A stretch of DNA of 64,000 nt from Octopus sinensis. Lineage: Eukaryota. A program made the position numbers and the translations under genes. Location: NCBI RefSeq assembly GCF_006345805.1, contig NC_043001.1:55180001-55244000 (forward strand), written 5' to 3'. Positions 12,985-27,466 of this stretch are shown here, one piece after another; the stretch's first letter is position 1; the number at the start of each line of letters is the position of its first letter. The notes below the pieces were generated by a model. It made no database searches and had not been told where the DNA came from. It worked only from the letters and a program-made list of their open reading frames with translations.

Positions 12985-13300
12985 CAGGGGTCCCCAACCA
13001 TTTTTTTTATCAATGGACCCCTTTGTTTACTATTTTACTCTGGTGGACCCCCATAACCATTCGGTGTTTAAAAACTAGTTTTAGAGATACTTCGTTCAAA
13101 ATTCCTATTTTGCTAGTCCCACATTAACTTGAGTTGAACTATGTAAAATGTCAGCGAAAGAAGCCTAGCTATTTCTTACAATACACTAATACATACATCT
13201 AAAGCAAAATTTTTTCAGGGCCCCTTAAATTACTATTGTGGATCCCCAATTTACTATTTTGTTGCATGGACCCTCAAGGGTTCTTATAAGAGAACCACTA
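12985..13300. mobile_element. hAT-superfamily MITE with 8-bp TSD
   Basis: Ends caggggtccccaacc ... gagaaccacta. Perfect direct flank atttattt at 12977-12984 and 13301-13308 with a central TA, as in Charlie/Buster-type targets. Confidence 0.8.
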
Positions 13301-13452
13301 ATTTATTTGGTTCAGAAATCCCTCAATCCCCCAAAAATTACTATGTGGCAAACTAACGAATTGAACTTCAATAATAAAATTGATATTCTACAATAGTACT
13401 GAGCTTTCTCTTTCATTGAGGTAGTGGTAGCTATTATTCTCTGTATGTGAGT

Positions 13453-13484
<32 letters not shown>

Positions 13485-15047
13485 AAAAGAGAGAGAGAGA
13501 GAGAGTGAGTGTGTGTGGCAGTAAAGACTCACATGAACTCAATTGAGTACATCTTAATTCACAAGATGAGTCAATGAATAATTATAAGTAATTATAAATA
13601 ATTCAAGACTAAGATATTAGTCTTGAGTAAAGAAATAAAATAGGAAGTAAAAATTCAGTACACCACATAAAAGAAATAAGATTTCTGAACCTCCACACAT
13701 GTGCAATTCTTTCCTGAAACAAAATTTCATTTCTGTTCTCACACCACTTTTCAGGTGTGTTCAATGTGAGAATATCTGTGACTGAACATCTAGTACTTGT
13801 TACTTGCACATGATATTAATATTATAGCCTAATTATATAATTAACAGCGTGTCATTGTTTAATGACGAAACACATGAGGTGAAATGAAAGTGGGTATAAT
13901 TATCAAATTTGTGCATGCATGAATCTCTCTCTCCATATATAGTATATATATGTGTGTGTGTATGTTCTTTTATATGTTCTCAAATGTTTATACACCCACA
14001 TATGAGACTGTGTGTATGTGCACATACAAGTGTATGATTTTATATATTAACATATATGTATATATATCTGCTCTTTCATACGTTCCCAAGTGTTTATACA
14101 TACACAACCACATATATATCCATGACACTGTGGATGTGTTTAATATAAATATACAGTATCATAATTAGTATGAATGTGTGTGTACGTGTGCATGCGTGCA
14201 TGCACGTTTGTGTGTGTGTCTATATATGTATGCATCTATGTATGTTGTATGTGCATGCACCAGAGGGAATAGGCAAATACATTTAAATTATAGGCAAAAA
14301 TCAGCTTTTTTGTAAACACAGCAGTATTGCTGGAGGAAACATTTTTTCTAAACTAAAATTAGTTTTTTTTTTTATTCTTATAGAGTATACTCATGTACAC
14401 ACATACATATATAAACATTACTTCACAAGAATAAAGTATTAGAAATTAAAGTGCAAAATAAAAGAAGGTTTAAGAAAATGAGAAGGTATTCACTTATTTT
14501 TTTTTTTACAAATTGCACATAATCAACCATTGAGAGAATCTGAATCAATGAGGACAGCTAGGTGTATATGGGGACATGAGCCAATGAAGATACTAGAGCC
14601 AATAAAGTGACCCAAGTTATTGAAGGGATTTGAGATCAGGAGATAAGGAGATATGAACTAACAATGGAACCTGAGTCACTGAGACTGTCTGTATGTTTTT
14701 TTTTCAACCTGCTAGAGAAGGCACCCAGATCTTACTCAAATCCAATCCAATTATTTTTGAAAAAAAAAAAAGGAAACATTGAAAAATACTTACATACAAT
14801 CCACAAAAGAAGGATGAGATAATAAAGACTGGAATAGTTTTGATCATAACTCTACTTGATGAGGGCTAACCTGAGACTCAATAATAACAACAACAATCTA
14901 CATATGACAGTCAATGTTAAACAGTTATATATGAAATAAGGGAAATGTCTATGAATAACATTTTACAGTAACAATCCAAAGAAAGTGCTTCTACATGGTT
15001 ACTCAACTGGTTAGAAGATAGCCAAATTTCCTTCAAATTAACTAGAT

Positions 15048-15307
15048 CAGTGGTTCTCAACCAATTTTTCCTATGGACCTCACCACTTGATTCCTATTTC
15101 ACTCAAATAGACCCTCAAAACCATTTGATGTTTAAAAAAATCTTGTTATATGTTTATAATTAAATATTATTATGAATTGTATAAAAAAAAATTGTTGAAA
15201 TACTCTGTGTATTACAGAAGTATAACTAATTTATTGTACATAAACTTTAATGACAAAATCTTATATGGACCCTCAAGGGTCATGTAGACCCTGGCTGAGA
15301 ATCACTG
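15048..15307. mobile_element. hAT-superfamily MITE with 8-bp TSD (related to 12985-13300)
   Basis: TIRs cagtggttctcaacc ... ggctgagaatcactg. TSD aactagat/cactagat (7 of 8 match). Shares the internal ggaccctcaaggg motif with the first copy. Confidence 0.8.
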
Positions 15308-16019
15308 CACTAGATAATGGAATCCTAGATATTTGATAATATGTCTGCTTAATCAGGTTTGAGAAGCTTAGCAACAAATATTTTAGGACATGAGCTGATG
15401 AAGAGAGCTTCTATATGGGTGTTTGATTGGCTAGCAATAACAGCCAAATTTTTAAATCTTATGCATTATTGCCTTAAAAAAACATTGCATATATTGCACA
15501 ATGTAGTCTTTGATATATTATATCAAGAAAAAAGCTTAGATATAAACAGTTAAAATGATATTTGACCATGTGTCAGTTGATCAGGGTTGACCTGGAGTTA
15601 AACAACAAATCAAAGAACAGAATTTAGTCATCGAATATTGTTCACATTTAATCTGATGTCAACCTAGATCAAGCAGATCATATGACTGAATGCCATTCTA
15701 ATCTTGACCAACCTGATTCTTCTTTACTCATAGTATATGCACTCAAGACAGTGCATCCTTGCCTTTTTAGGATGGTATAGAGTTATATGAGAGAGAGATG
15801 GCTAGTTGCTACTTCTAGCTGGTCAAGTAAATTCATAGAGGTTTTTCTGTTAGGTGATATTGTTGATCAGTCCAAGTCAGTCCTTATGATAAAAGGTTTT
15901 CCAGTTTTGATCATTTTATTTGTTTTCTAGATATAGTGTATCTTACTGATACAAGATGAGCAACTCCAATGCATTAGAAGTAATCTCAAATCCTCTTTAA
16001 ATTATTTTGTATTCATTCA

Positions 16020-16240
16020 GAGACATGGAAGTACCACATAAGTGAGACCTCTACCTGGCAGTGCTTCATCAAGAAAGGGACCATAATATCTGAGCAAGCT
16101 AGGAGTAGACAAGCTGAAAAATGGGAACTGAGAAAGTTCAAAATGAAAGTCCATTAGCATGGAAAATTTCTTTAAGCCAACATATAATGACATAGTCCCG
16201 ATCTGTATAGATGGATGAACAATGATGTCATACATGTAAC
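16020..16240 (+). mobile_element. Decayed RTE-like LINE C-terminal fragment
   Basis: A plus frame reads TSTWQCFIKKGTIISEQARSRQAEKWELRK, resembling the RTE-clade C-terminal W..I..G....E..R......KR..RK pattern. Confidence 0.45.
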
Positions 16241-18687
16241 ATAAAGATGCTGAAAAGTGAAGAACATAAGTACATCTGACATGATGTAATTTAATCTGTT
16301 GTGATTGATACCTGCATCAACTATTTCACTTTATAGCTTTTGTTATTTAGCTCAAAGTTAGCCATCAATCAAATTGGTCTAAGATCAATAACAATTTAAC
16401 CATGACTGTCCCTTCCTTTTCATAGTTGTAGAGAACCCAGGCCAAAATTGTACAGTGTGTTTTTCCAAGAGAGTAAGGTAAGATTTGAGAGAGGATTTTG
16501 CAGTTATTTCTAGTAGGATGAGCAACCAACTAGAGCCACCACTACCACCACAGGTTTCAGTGAGTGTGTGTGTGTGAGAGAGAGAGAGGAAGTGCGGGAA
16601 GGAGGGAGAGATAAAATCTGAAATATAGATAATTTAAGGAGAAACTTGTTATGATTCCAATAGCAGAAAATATAATGGTGTTCTTTAATGACTGTAAAAG
16701 TAAAAAAGCACAACCATGAGGTTCATATCTTAGCAAGTAAAGTAACTAGTAACACTGCTATTTTAGGTTTATTTTCTGATTGTAAATCAATACTCTTGCT
16801 AGATAAAAATGCCGAAGTTGGGCTTTCTTGTAAGTCATTGAGAAGAGATAACATGTCAAAGTAATGTTTCTATTCTGTTAAAATCCCAAATTATGCAAAA
16901 TTGCCATTGAAGTCAATGTAGTCATGCCTCTTTATAATAAAACCTTATACAGAAAGATATTATCACTTTAATGACAACGTTTTGATTATAGAGCATGTAG
17001 CTTCTTGTCTGTTCTGTAACAAAGGGAGTAAAATTTGACACTTTCTACCATGTTTCAAGATTTCAAATGTCTACACTAGGTGCAATGACTATCACTGATA
17101 TGAGTATTGGCTGATACATTTTTATTCTTTTACTGGTTAAGTTACTGAGCTGCTGCTATGCTATGGCACCATTTCAAAGCTTAAGGAATTATGGAAAAAT
17201 TTTCAGCTCATAGCTAAACTTAATCTAAGTTGTCAATATATGAATTTTTAAAAAACTAAATTTATTTCTATAATATTCTTTTTAATAGTAAAAAACAAAC
17301 AATAAATCATGATCAAAAACAAATAAAGCATAAATAAAATGAAATCCTCATAAAAATTCTGTAAGAACTTTTTTTTTATTATAAAACATAAAAGTTGGTT
17401 TTTATTAAAATTATAAAATATGAAGAAAATAATGCATCACACATAGTTACACACAAACAGTCACGCACAAATTCACACAAATTGGTTTCCTATTTGTTCA
17501 CTTACCAACCAACTTCTTGTAATAGATTGTTTGGTGAAAGGAAATCATTCGTTTGCAGGTTTTTAGTAACTTCAAAAGATCTCAGATTTTCTATAGGGAA
17601 TTGGTGAGTTTATAAGTGCAATAAAATTAACAAAACAAGTAAGCAATATGCTATTGGTAAGCACAGATTCTCCTGAAATATGCTTTGGTTGCAGCTGCCA
17701 AAGCAGTTACATTGAAAGACTAAGGACTATAACAAAGATACTTGAGACTAAAACCAAAAGAAGACCCAGTTAAAAATTGAAATACAAACCAGCTTTTAAA
17801 CAAACGACTACAAGCAGCACTGATTAATACTTGTGTAAAAGCAGCAATGAAGTGTATGAATGATGCATATAAGTGTACAAAGAAAACTATCAGCTCTAAA
17901 ATTACTTTCAAAAACAATCTTTTAACACAGACTTGCATCTATTGCTGAGATCTACTTTCACTCTCTTTTTATTCATTTTTGTTTGTTTTGGCTGATCAAG
18001 AAAACCTATGGACAAAGGAATAACAGCTTTAACTACCTTGTCTTTTCCTCAAACATTAAAAGTCAAAGATTACATTATCCAATGTATCCTTCCCTTTTCA
18101 AAATGGTAAGTAGTAATTTAAGAAAGATTTGGCTACTATTTCCATCAGGTAGAGCAATCATCTGTTCATGGTGTGTGTGTGCATATTTGTGAGTGTAATA
18201 GTGTATGTTTAGTGGTATATGTGACACCCCCACCCATTGATTATACCTGTTCAACAAGCTTCATGTGAATATAAGTGCTGAGCACGTTCATTGGATGCAT
18301 CATTATTTTTGCCTGAGCTCATCGTTGTTTTCAGCTAAAAGAGCAAATGTGCACTTAGAGAAATGAACACGATAAGTGTGGGAGTGTAATAAAGTGTGTG
18401 TGTGTGAGAGATAGAGAGAGAGAGAGAGAAAGAGAGAGTGAAGTGTTGCATGTGTATGTGCATAACAGCAAAGAATAAATGTGGTGGTATGAAAAAAGGT
18501 ATGATACTATGTGAATGGCATGAACAAGACAGGACAGTATGTGAGTTTGGGCAAGTGGTGACTGGGTTAAAGTAGTAGGTGTGAGTGTATAGGCAGTGTA
18601 AGGAAAGTGAAGTGCATGTGCAGGTGTTTACCAGCTTGTATGTGTGTGGGGGAGGGGGTTGTTTTAGAGGAAGGAAAATCAGATACA

Positions 18688-18902
18688 GGTTTCAAAGTTT
18701 TGCACAAGGCCAGCAAGTTCTGAGGAGGGGTTAAGTTGATTACATAAACCCCAGTGTTTGACTGGTACTTATTTTATCAATCCTGAAAGAATGAAAGGCA
18801 AAGTTGACCTTAACAGAATTTGAACTCAGAATGTGAAGACAGACAAAATGCTGCTAAGCATGTTGCCCGGCGTGCTAACAATTCTGCCAGCTTGCTGCCT
18901 TA
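18688..18902 (-). mobile_element. SINE family A
   Basis: Full-length reverse-complement copy, colinear with 10200-10408. Confidence 0.8.
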
Positions 18903-19287
18903 AGGAAGTCAGTTATTGATATCAGATGGGGCAGCTGTGTGCATATGGAAGATTAACTATTATTTCTGACAAAGCCCATGGAATTGTGTAATCCTATGGA
19001 CTGAGAGATGAAAGTAGGAGTGGCTTGGAGAACTAAAGTAGCATACACTATAAGCCTGACTGATGCAGTGTTGTTACAATCAGATGTTCAACAAATGTTT
19101 CTTGCAATGATCCTCTGGTTCATTCCTTTATATTCCTTTTGCCCTGTTTTAGCTCATGTCTAAACTTGATATGCTGTATCTAGCCTGATATGAAAGTAGC
19201 AGAGAATATGACAATAGATGATATTCCAGTTAGAATATCTCAGCTAAAGTTAGAGCTTTTGGGTACTTATGGAAATACACACACAAA

Positions 19288-19338
<51 letters not shown>

Positions 19339-22249
19339 CATACCAGTCTGTATAAAGACAATGAAAAGCTGATAGAAGCATGGATCTAGATAAAAACATA
19401 GCCATCTTAAGGATGGTATATTGAAGCTTTACCAATGAACCAAGCTTCTTTATTATGTCCATTTCCTGCAACCTACTGAAAACATATTCTATACAAAGAA
19501 ATGAAAGCCAAATCTTCCTGAAATCACATCTTTAAAATGGAGGGAGATATTGGATAATTTGGTCCTAGATTCATTAAGCTTGGTAGAAAGAAGGAAAAAA
19601 GAGGATAGGATTGGTTATAGCTGGAATGCTTAAATCGTAGATGTATCCAATCATGTCTGATCAGAAGTCAAGACAGTATTTTCCATATTTAATTTATGAT
19701 AATATAGTTAATACTTTGATAACCACTTAATCTTCCTATTCTTAGCAGATAATCTCCCAGTAAAATTTAACTGTCATCATTTCTTACATTGGCTACTATG
19801 TACATTACAAGTTTATTCAAATATGTCTGTATATGTATAAAAATGCAAATAAAAACCAGTCCAATGAAAATGGTTTGTGTTTGTAAAAATCCTTTAATAA
19901 AGGATTTTTTTGATAAGTTTGTAAGCCATGGCTTGAGGTGCATATTGATGATCAAAGTCCTCAGTGCAACCATAAATATTTAAAAAAAAGAAAGAGGTTC
20001 TCTTCAACAGAGTTTTACTCTCTACATGGCATACAAACTTATGCAAATTTGCAAACTTTACGAAATTGAGCCTTCAGTATTTAGCTTTCTCTATGCTTAT
20101 TGATTCACATTGTTTTGAATTAATCATGCATTAACTTGTAGATTTGAGATTTTGATGATGTGATAGTTTATTTTTAGAAGGATATTATAGGTAAGTGTGA
20201 GAGGCTGAATAGGCATGTTTAAACATAAAACAAGTAGAATATCTGGGCCTGAAAAAGGTTTCCTCAGTATTTTTAATTTCATGTTGTAAGAGCATCATCT
20301 TAGTATAATGATCTGTATATAGCCATACATTCAAGGCTTTCAATGAATGAGGGATAAATCTTTTACCTGGATAAAATACTAATCAATTATCAATTGCAAG
20401 GGAGATTCCCAGTAAGTTTATGTATTTCTAATAGCTAGATGAACCATAGCAAGCAGAATTATGTACAGAATTTCAATAAAAAAAAAACCCTCCAACAATT
20501 TGAAATGAAAACCTGTAAGATAGCAGCTACCAATCTATCTATTCTCACCATTGTTTAATACACAAGAGTTAGGCCTTACATTCTAATATACACTGTATAA
20601 GTGCACAAGAAATAGAAGTTTCACTAATAAGACTGCCTAAATCTGTTTAAAGAAATTTGGGAACCATTACTACAGACTGGCATTGTTGAAATACATTTAA
20701 AAATTTAGATAATTGTATTTTTCATTAATTTAGCTTTAAACACATGATTTAGTGAACAGATATTCTACTAAAAATAGGTTTGCAGTAATTACATTTCCTT
20801 CCTGATGTTGTTGCTGTAGTTACTTCTAAAATAATGTACTAAAATCTATGATTGTAATTATAAAATTATTTATTTCTCTTAAATAATGAAAGCAAAGCCT
20901 GAAGCTATCACTATTTTTTACAGGGTTTCATTAATTTTGTTTCATATTTCTGCTATTGAATATGAATATTAAACAGAAAAGTATAAAAAATTGTTTCTGA
21001 TTATTCAGTGACTTGAATACGGAATGACTACTTTATTCTCCCTATGTCTCAATACCACCATCTTTTGCCATAATATGTCTGTGTGGTTGATAAGTTCATT
21101 CCCTAACCATATAGTTCCAAGTTCAATCACACTATACAACATGTTGGCAAGTATTTTCTACTAGCTATAACCCTAGGCTGACCAAATCCATGAGATTGGA
21201 TTTGGCAGACAGAACCTGGAACAAGACTGTCACACACACACACACAAAAATTAGGACAAACAGGAACAATATATGAGTTTCTATATGTTTTATCAATCAG
21301 CAGAAGTTGTAAAATGATGACAATAATATATGTATGTGTATGCATATGTTTGCTTATATCAGCAAACAGAAGTGTGTTTGTATGTAAGTGCAGTGGAATA
21401 TTTTTGGTACTGCATGTCTTCGAAGCCATGTAGAATAAGTGATCCATTACTTGAAAAGTAAAGCTTAGCACCAGGAAGAGTATCCAGCTGTACAGCAATA
21501 TCTTAAATGATATTCACCTAACCCATGTAAGCATGGAAAAATAGACATAAAATGAATGGAACACAAAACATTTAGGTGTGTGCACGTAAGTATGTATGTA
21601 TATATATGTACGTACATGCATACATACATACACACTGATATTATTATGATACAAACATTTGAAACCTGCTTGTCTGTATTCCACAATTGTAAAAAATCAA
21701 TACAGTGGTGATAAAAGTATGCTAACCTCATGCCTTTCTGTGTCATCAAACCATCAAAACAGAAAGGTAATTTTTCAGAAGAAATCTTCTGGCTATGACT
21801 CAATGCAAAGAATTGCAAACTTAAGTTTTAGAACTATTCCTGTATCAGTGAAACTTGAAATGCAGACTGAATGAACTTATGACAGATATATGAGGCTCCA
21901 TAACATTTGACACATAAAATGAAGTTGAAATTTAAACAAAATACTGACTCCAACAAAGAAGTCCAGAAGTGTCTCTCACTTGCATTAAGAAATGCATTGC
22001 CTTATGTGCACTATGTACTACTGGGAGTACCAAGAAACTTGATATAAAACATTGAGTTCAAATTTATGCTATTTATGACCTTGATTATATTTAAAAGAAG
22101 ATGGTTCACTTTCATTCACTTTTGTTGAATGAAGCTTTGACCAAGAACAACTGATGGCATAGGTCAAATATTTTGTTTCTTCCCTTATAAAAAATGTTAT
22201 TTTCAGTTATGAAATTACTACCTATTACAGGTTGACTTATGTTAACTAA

Positions 22250-22960
22250 CCTCTATGCCCTTACACACACAATCTGTCCCTGACAAATCTATCCCTCACA
22301 ACCTATATTCCTAACACCTCCATCCTTAATGTTCACCACTCATCATGTTCGCCTATCCCTTGTATCTCCCATTTTCCCGTCACACCACACAAACCTGCCT
22401 GCACACAATGTGTGTCTACTGAATCCCTTCCCCACAACATATCTTCCTAACACTCTCTCCCTCCGCCTTCCACCCTCCCTCTGCAATTTCACGAACTTAT
22501 CCACTCACCTTATCTAATTCTTGGCTCCACCACATAAAACCTCTATAACTTGAGTGTATACCACCCCCATCACATCTTCCTCATCTCTCCCATTCTCTCT
22601 TCTCTCTCCCCTGCTGAGGTAACCATGTGTCTTCTAAACTGCAAGACATTCATTGCTGTCCCTCAATTCAAACTCTCAAATCTATAGTCTCCTGGTGCGT
22701 AGCCACTTCACTCAATACTGCTCCCCACTCTACTGAGGGTCTTGTCTTGCAAGTTACTTGGTGACCTCACTGATGCTGGTGCCACATAAAAAGCACCCAG
22801 TACACTTTCTAAAGTGATTGGTGTTTGGAAGGGCATCCACCTAAAAAACCATGACAAAACAGATAGTAGAGCTTGGCACAGTCTTCTGACTTGCCTATTC
22901 TTGTCAAACTATCCAATTCATACCAGCAAAGAAAACAGACAAATAAATAGTGATAATGAT
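22250..22960 (+). mobile_element. Repeat ending in the RTE-type 3' tail
   Basis: ggtgccacataaaaagcacccag...ggaagggcatcc...tccaattcataccagca...gataatgat is the reverse complement of the RTE tail at 43896-44090. Similar copies at 23810-24010 and 54330-54525. The 5' boundary is approximate. Confidence 0.6.
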
Positions 22961-24806
22961 AAGGCTCTAGTGCAATCTTGGATTATAGTAGGTTTCTATG
23001 AAAGTTAAGCATTGCCCAATAGATTGAGCAATCATAAAGCTTAAAGTCACAGGGGAATGTCTATGCCAAATATAAATACACACATCTATACAACATAGGC
23101 TAAAAGTTACGCACCAAAACATTTGACATTTTTTTAATATTATGCTATTATTATTATTATTAATTTTGTTATTCATGTACAAGTATGTGTGTATTCATCA
23201 TTATTTTATTTATTTTATTCAATAATTTTAGGAAAATTGAAGCATGTCTTTGACACTTCCAGAGTGTATCGAACTTTTTTTTGCGTGATTTTTGGCCCAC
23301 CTAGTATAATGTCAGATTGCTCTTCAGTGCTACAGGTAACACATAACCCAGCATGCCTGCTTGATGTGTAGGGGAGATTTTGGACACTCTGCAGGAAGAA
23401 AAACAAGACCTGTCAAAAGTATTCACAAGAGTCAATGGCCATTCATTTATTTGATATATGTGCATAAATATATGTGGAAATTTCTGGTTTGGTACCCAAA
23501 TACATATTTAGCCTGCCAGGGTAAACTGGATTTTAAACTGTGGTGAAAGCAACTAACACAAGAGATGGAGAATTCCAACAGAAAAGCCTGAAGTATATTT
23601 TTCATTGAGTTTGTGGCAAACATTTGCACAAACCTTCTAATTCAAAAAACTATGACTAGTTCTACATAAGCCTTCATTACTGAAAAAAGGCATCTGTGTG
23701 TGTACCTAAGAGCAAAAAAAAAAGGCTGTTGGGCTCTTATACATTGAAGTTAATGGAAGAGTTCATTTTATATTTAAGTATGCTTGTGTGTGTATAGGTG
23801 TCACGTAAAAACCATTGTTAATGGTGCTACATAAAAAGCACCCAGTACACTTTCTAGAGTGGTTGGCATTAAGAAGGACATCTAGCCATAGAAACCAAGC
23901 CAAAAAAGACAATGGGACCTGGTGTGGCCCCTGGCCTTGCCAGTTACTGTCAAGCTATCCAACCCATGCCAGCATAGAAAATGGATATTAAATGCTGTTG
24001 ATGATGATATATATAAATCATGCTCAATATTCAAACCAGGGCAATGATGGAAAATAATTTTCAAAATATATAAAGATAGAAGGAAAAGATAACAGAACAT
24101 TATCAGCTTATATATTTGAGATGTATTGTTTCAAAGGTATTGGAACACATGCTTTCCAGTAACATCTGTAAGTCAGTATACTGGCAATTGGGATAGCCAA
24201 CATTTCTTTTTTTCAAGCGATGGCAATGATGTGATATAGTTGATATCCTAAAGAAAGAAAAACAGCAAAATATAACCACCTTGCACAATGAAGAAGAGAT
24301 GGCAAGCTGTAAGAGTTTTCAATATTTCCAAATATGTGTACACTCACACACACAAACATACACATATTCCTTTATTCGATCATCACTGAAATAAGTTATC
24401 TAAGAGAAATTGGAACATTAATTTTATTGCTATGTATTCAGTTTAAAAGCAAAGTTCTCTTTCTCGCACACATAAATGCAATTGCCTCTTCCTCCCCTCT
24501 CCCTGCTACCTCTGCACATGATGCATGAAATATAGTGATAATCTATAACCACATAATATTCATTTCCCGTGTTACATGTTTATCTATTTCTTTACCTTTA
24601 ACAAGTATGAATTTCATTGATTATATAGTTGTGAACATGTGCATGTGTATGTGTGTGCATATTTGATATTGGATATGCACGCATATTCATTAATATGTAT
24701 GCATACATAATATACATACATATATATTATAAATGCATATTATTTATATATATATATATATATATATAGATATATATATATATATATATAGATACATTAA
24801 ATTAAC

Positions 24807-24841
<35 letters not shown>

Positions 24842-25344
24842 GCATGCATATTATACATATATATAATGCATGCTTATTGTTTATATATATATATATATAT
24901 ATATGATGTATGCATATTATATATATATACACACACATACACGTACATACACATGTATGTCTGTATGTATGAGTAAGTATATTCGTGAGAGTGTTATATA
25001 CATGAGAATGTTTATTTTCCACACTTGTCACCACTTGAGTAAAGCGGTGCTGATATTGACATCATGACCAATCATTCTGTGCATTCAAAGACCTGCTGGA
25101 ATAAAGAACTCGCTTCCTTGAGACACACAAGGGTTGACAAGAACAGCCTTTGATAACACTCTGTCCAAGCCCATTCCACCATGGAAAAGCAAATGTTATT
25201 TATTCTTAATATGTGACAGCTAATAAGAGACAACAATTGACTGAGATATCCTCCTAGGAAGTCTAGTGCTGATGGTTCCCTGACTGAGTGTGGTTTAATG
25301 TCCCTAGATGAGACTTAAAAACATCCTGTCTATTTATATATATA

Positions 25345-25487
25345 TATATTTACCATTTAAATGTGGCTAACTACTAAGGGTGGATGCTACTGTAGCTTGT
25401 AGCCCTAGGAGAACATCTTCTCCAGCTACCTACAAGCTGCAGTAGCATCCACCCTTAGTTGTTAGCCACATTTAAATGGCAAATATA
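25345..25487. repeat. Long inverted repeat (hairpin; MITE-like)
   Basis: Arms 25345-25402 and 25430-25487 match at 55 of 58 positions. The 27-nt spacer contains an inner ggagaa/ttctcc stem. TA-rich flanks. Confidence 0.85.
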
Positions 25488-25539
25488 CTTCACATTGTCG
25501 TGCAGCTACTGTTTACACCGCGTTCAGAGATTTATTATT

Positions 25540-25700
25540 GCTTATATATGTATATATATATACATACATATACACATACATATAAATATATATATATATA
25601 TATATATACATACATATATATATACATACATATATATATACATACATATAAATATATATATATATTATATACATACATACAAATATATATATATACACAC

Positions 25701-25736
<36 letters not shown>

Positions 25737-25752
25737 CACATATACATACATA

Positions 25753-25786
<34 letters not shown>

Positions 25787-25794
25787 CACATACA

Positions 25795-25835
<41 letters not shown>

Positions 25836-25888
25836 ATACATACATACATATATACATACATACATACATATAATATATACATACATAC

Positions 25889-25925
<37 letters not shown>

Positions 25926-25993
25926 CATACATATATATATACATACATATATATATACATACATATATTATATACATACATATATATATATAC

Positions 25994-26027
<34 letters not shown>

Positions 26028-26045
26028 ATAATACATACATATATA

Positions 26046-26088
<43 letters not shown>

Positions 26089-26110
26089 CATACATACATA
26101 TATATATATC
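25540..26110. repeat. ~570-bp compound (TA)/(TACA) microsatellite
   Basis: Directly visible. It is the source of the spurious YI-repeat ORFs. Confidence 0.95.
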
Positions 26111-26113
26111 TTT

Positions 26114-26265
26114 AGAGGTAATATTTATGCCCACCTAAACATGGGTGTTCTGTTAGGACAAACTATACTGTGGAAGATACCATGAGAGAAACTGTCATGG
26201 ATTGGTCTAGTTATAATTTTCCCTAACTGAACATTCACATTTAAGTGGGCATAAATATTACCTCT
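26114..26265. mobile_element. MITE-like element with 54-bp inverted arms
   Basis: Arms 26114-26167 and 26212-26265 match at 45 of 54 positions (first 21 identical: agaggtaatatttatgcccac). Abuts the (TA)n array. Confidence 0.75.
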
Positions 26266-26611
26266 CTGTATTAATACAGCCTCAGTTGCTAAGACATAAT
26301 ATATACTTCTGTGTTATTTTAAATGAGTTTTTGCATTTTGCAATAATGCAGACATATAAGTAATTTATTCATTATTAAATATGACAATTTAAGTTATTTG
26401 CATAAATTTTTGTTGTGAATATTTGGATATTTCTTTTGTTAAATAAAAGTTCATCTAAATATTTCTCTATCATTAATGACTTTATATACTCCTTATCCTT
26501 TTCTCTTGTATATTATTATATATTCTATATGGTTTGCACAATGATACATTAAAGAGCTTTTATTATGAGCACTACTGGATTACTCGAATTCATACATTGA
26601 CTTAAATACAC

Positions 26612-26661
<50 letters not shown>

Positions 26662-27214
26662 CACATACATATAGGCTTACTTCCTTCCCCACATTCTGTA
26701 GCTCTCTCCACAAACCCTGTGACCAACAACAGCAACAGTGGATGAATTTGTTCAGTGGTTTTTCTCTAACCAAGTAGTCTAAGTGGTAAAAATAAAGACA
26801 TTATCATCATTTATAATCTGTGACCTCACTTGGTCCATGTTGATCATGTATCTACACCTGGAAAAGTTTCTCTCCATAGCTCAGGCTGGAGCAAAGTTTT
26901 GTTTTCTTTTAGTTTTAACAGGAGACCAGCAGTTACCTAAGCTTGTAGGCCACTGTTCTCTATTCTGTTGCTGTTGCACATGGGTAAGGCAAAGGCTGGT
27001 AGCCAGGCAAACTGAGAACAATAAAAGCTGGAACAAAGTGCAAGACACCAATAGACTGGTACTTTATTTTATCAACTGCAAAACAATGAATGATAAAGTT
27101 CACCTCAGCCAAATTTGAACTTACACTGTAAAGAGCCAGAACAAAACAAAGCATTTTGATTGACTCCCTAATGATTCTACCTCATCAGAGTGGGCTAAAG
27201 CATTATAAGTATCT

Positions 27215-27426
27215 TTTATCTTTTACTTGCTTCAGTCATTAGACTAAGGCCATGCTAGGGCAGTGCTTTGAAGAATTTTAGTTAAATTAATTGACCCCAG
27301 TACTAATTTTTTTAAAGCCTGGTACTATTCAATCAGTGTATTTTGCTAAACTGCCAAGTGATTGGGATGTAAACACACCAACACCAGTTGTCAAGCAGTT
27401 GAGGAGGGGGCAAACAGAAACACACT

Positions 27427-27466
<40 letters not shown>

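Noticed and set aside
14856-14880. ttgatga-ggg-ctaa-cct-gagac hammerhead-like string
   Set aside because: GAGAC instead of GAAAC, no stem III or NUH triplet, and it is part of a common dispersed repeat (compare ~15580).
16017-16235. Minus-strand 72-aa ORF
   Set aside because: The opposite strand better matches a decayed RTE C-terminus.
18247-18334. 88-nt minus-strand segment with AG/GT boundaries
   Set aside because: Stops in all three frames; could only be a poison or non-coding exon, with no further support.
17506-23388. Candidate minus-strand cassette exons 23301-23388 (phase 0 to 1) and 17506-17590 (phase 1 to 2)
   Set aside because: Good-looking splice sites and open frames, but no Robo-like content, and the chain does not reach phase 0 at 10960 without another unseen exon.
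25459-26138. Long ORFs of 99-220 aa in several frames (YI/YT/CV repeats), and similar ORFs at 24744, 32410, 38578, 57136 and 61721-62288
   Set aside because: Translations of (TA)/(CA)/(TACA) microsatellites, which lack stops in those frames.
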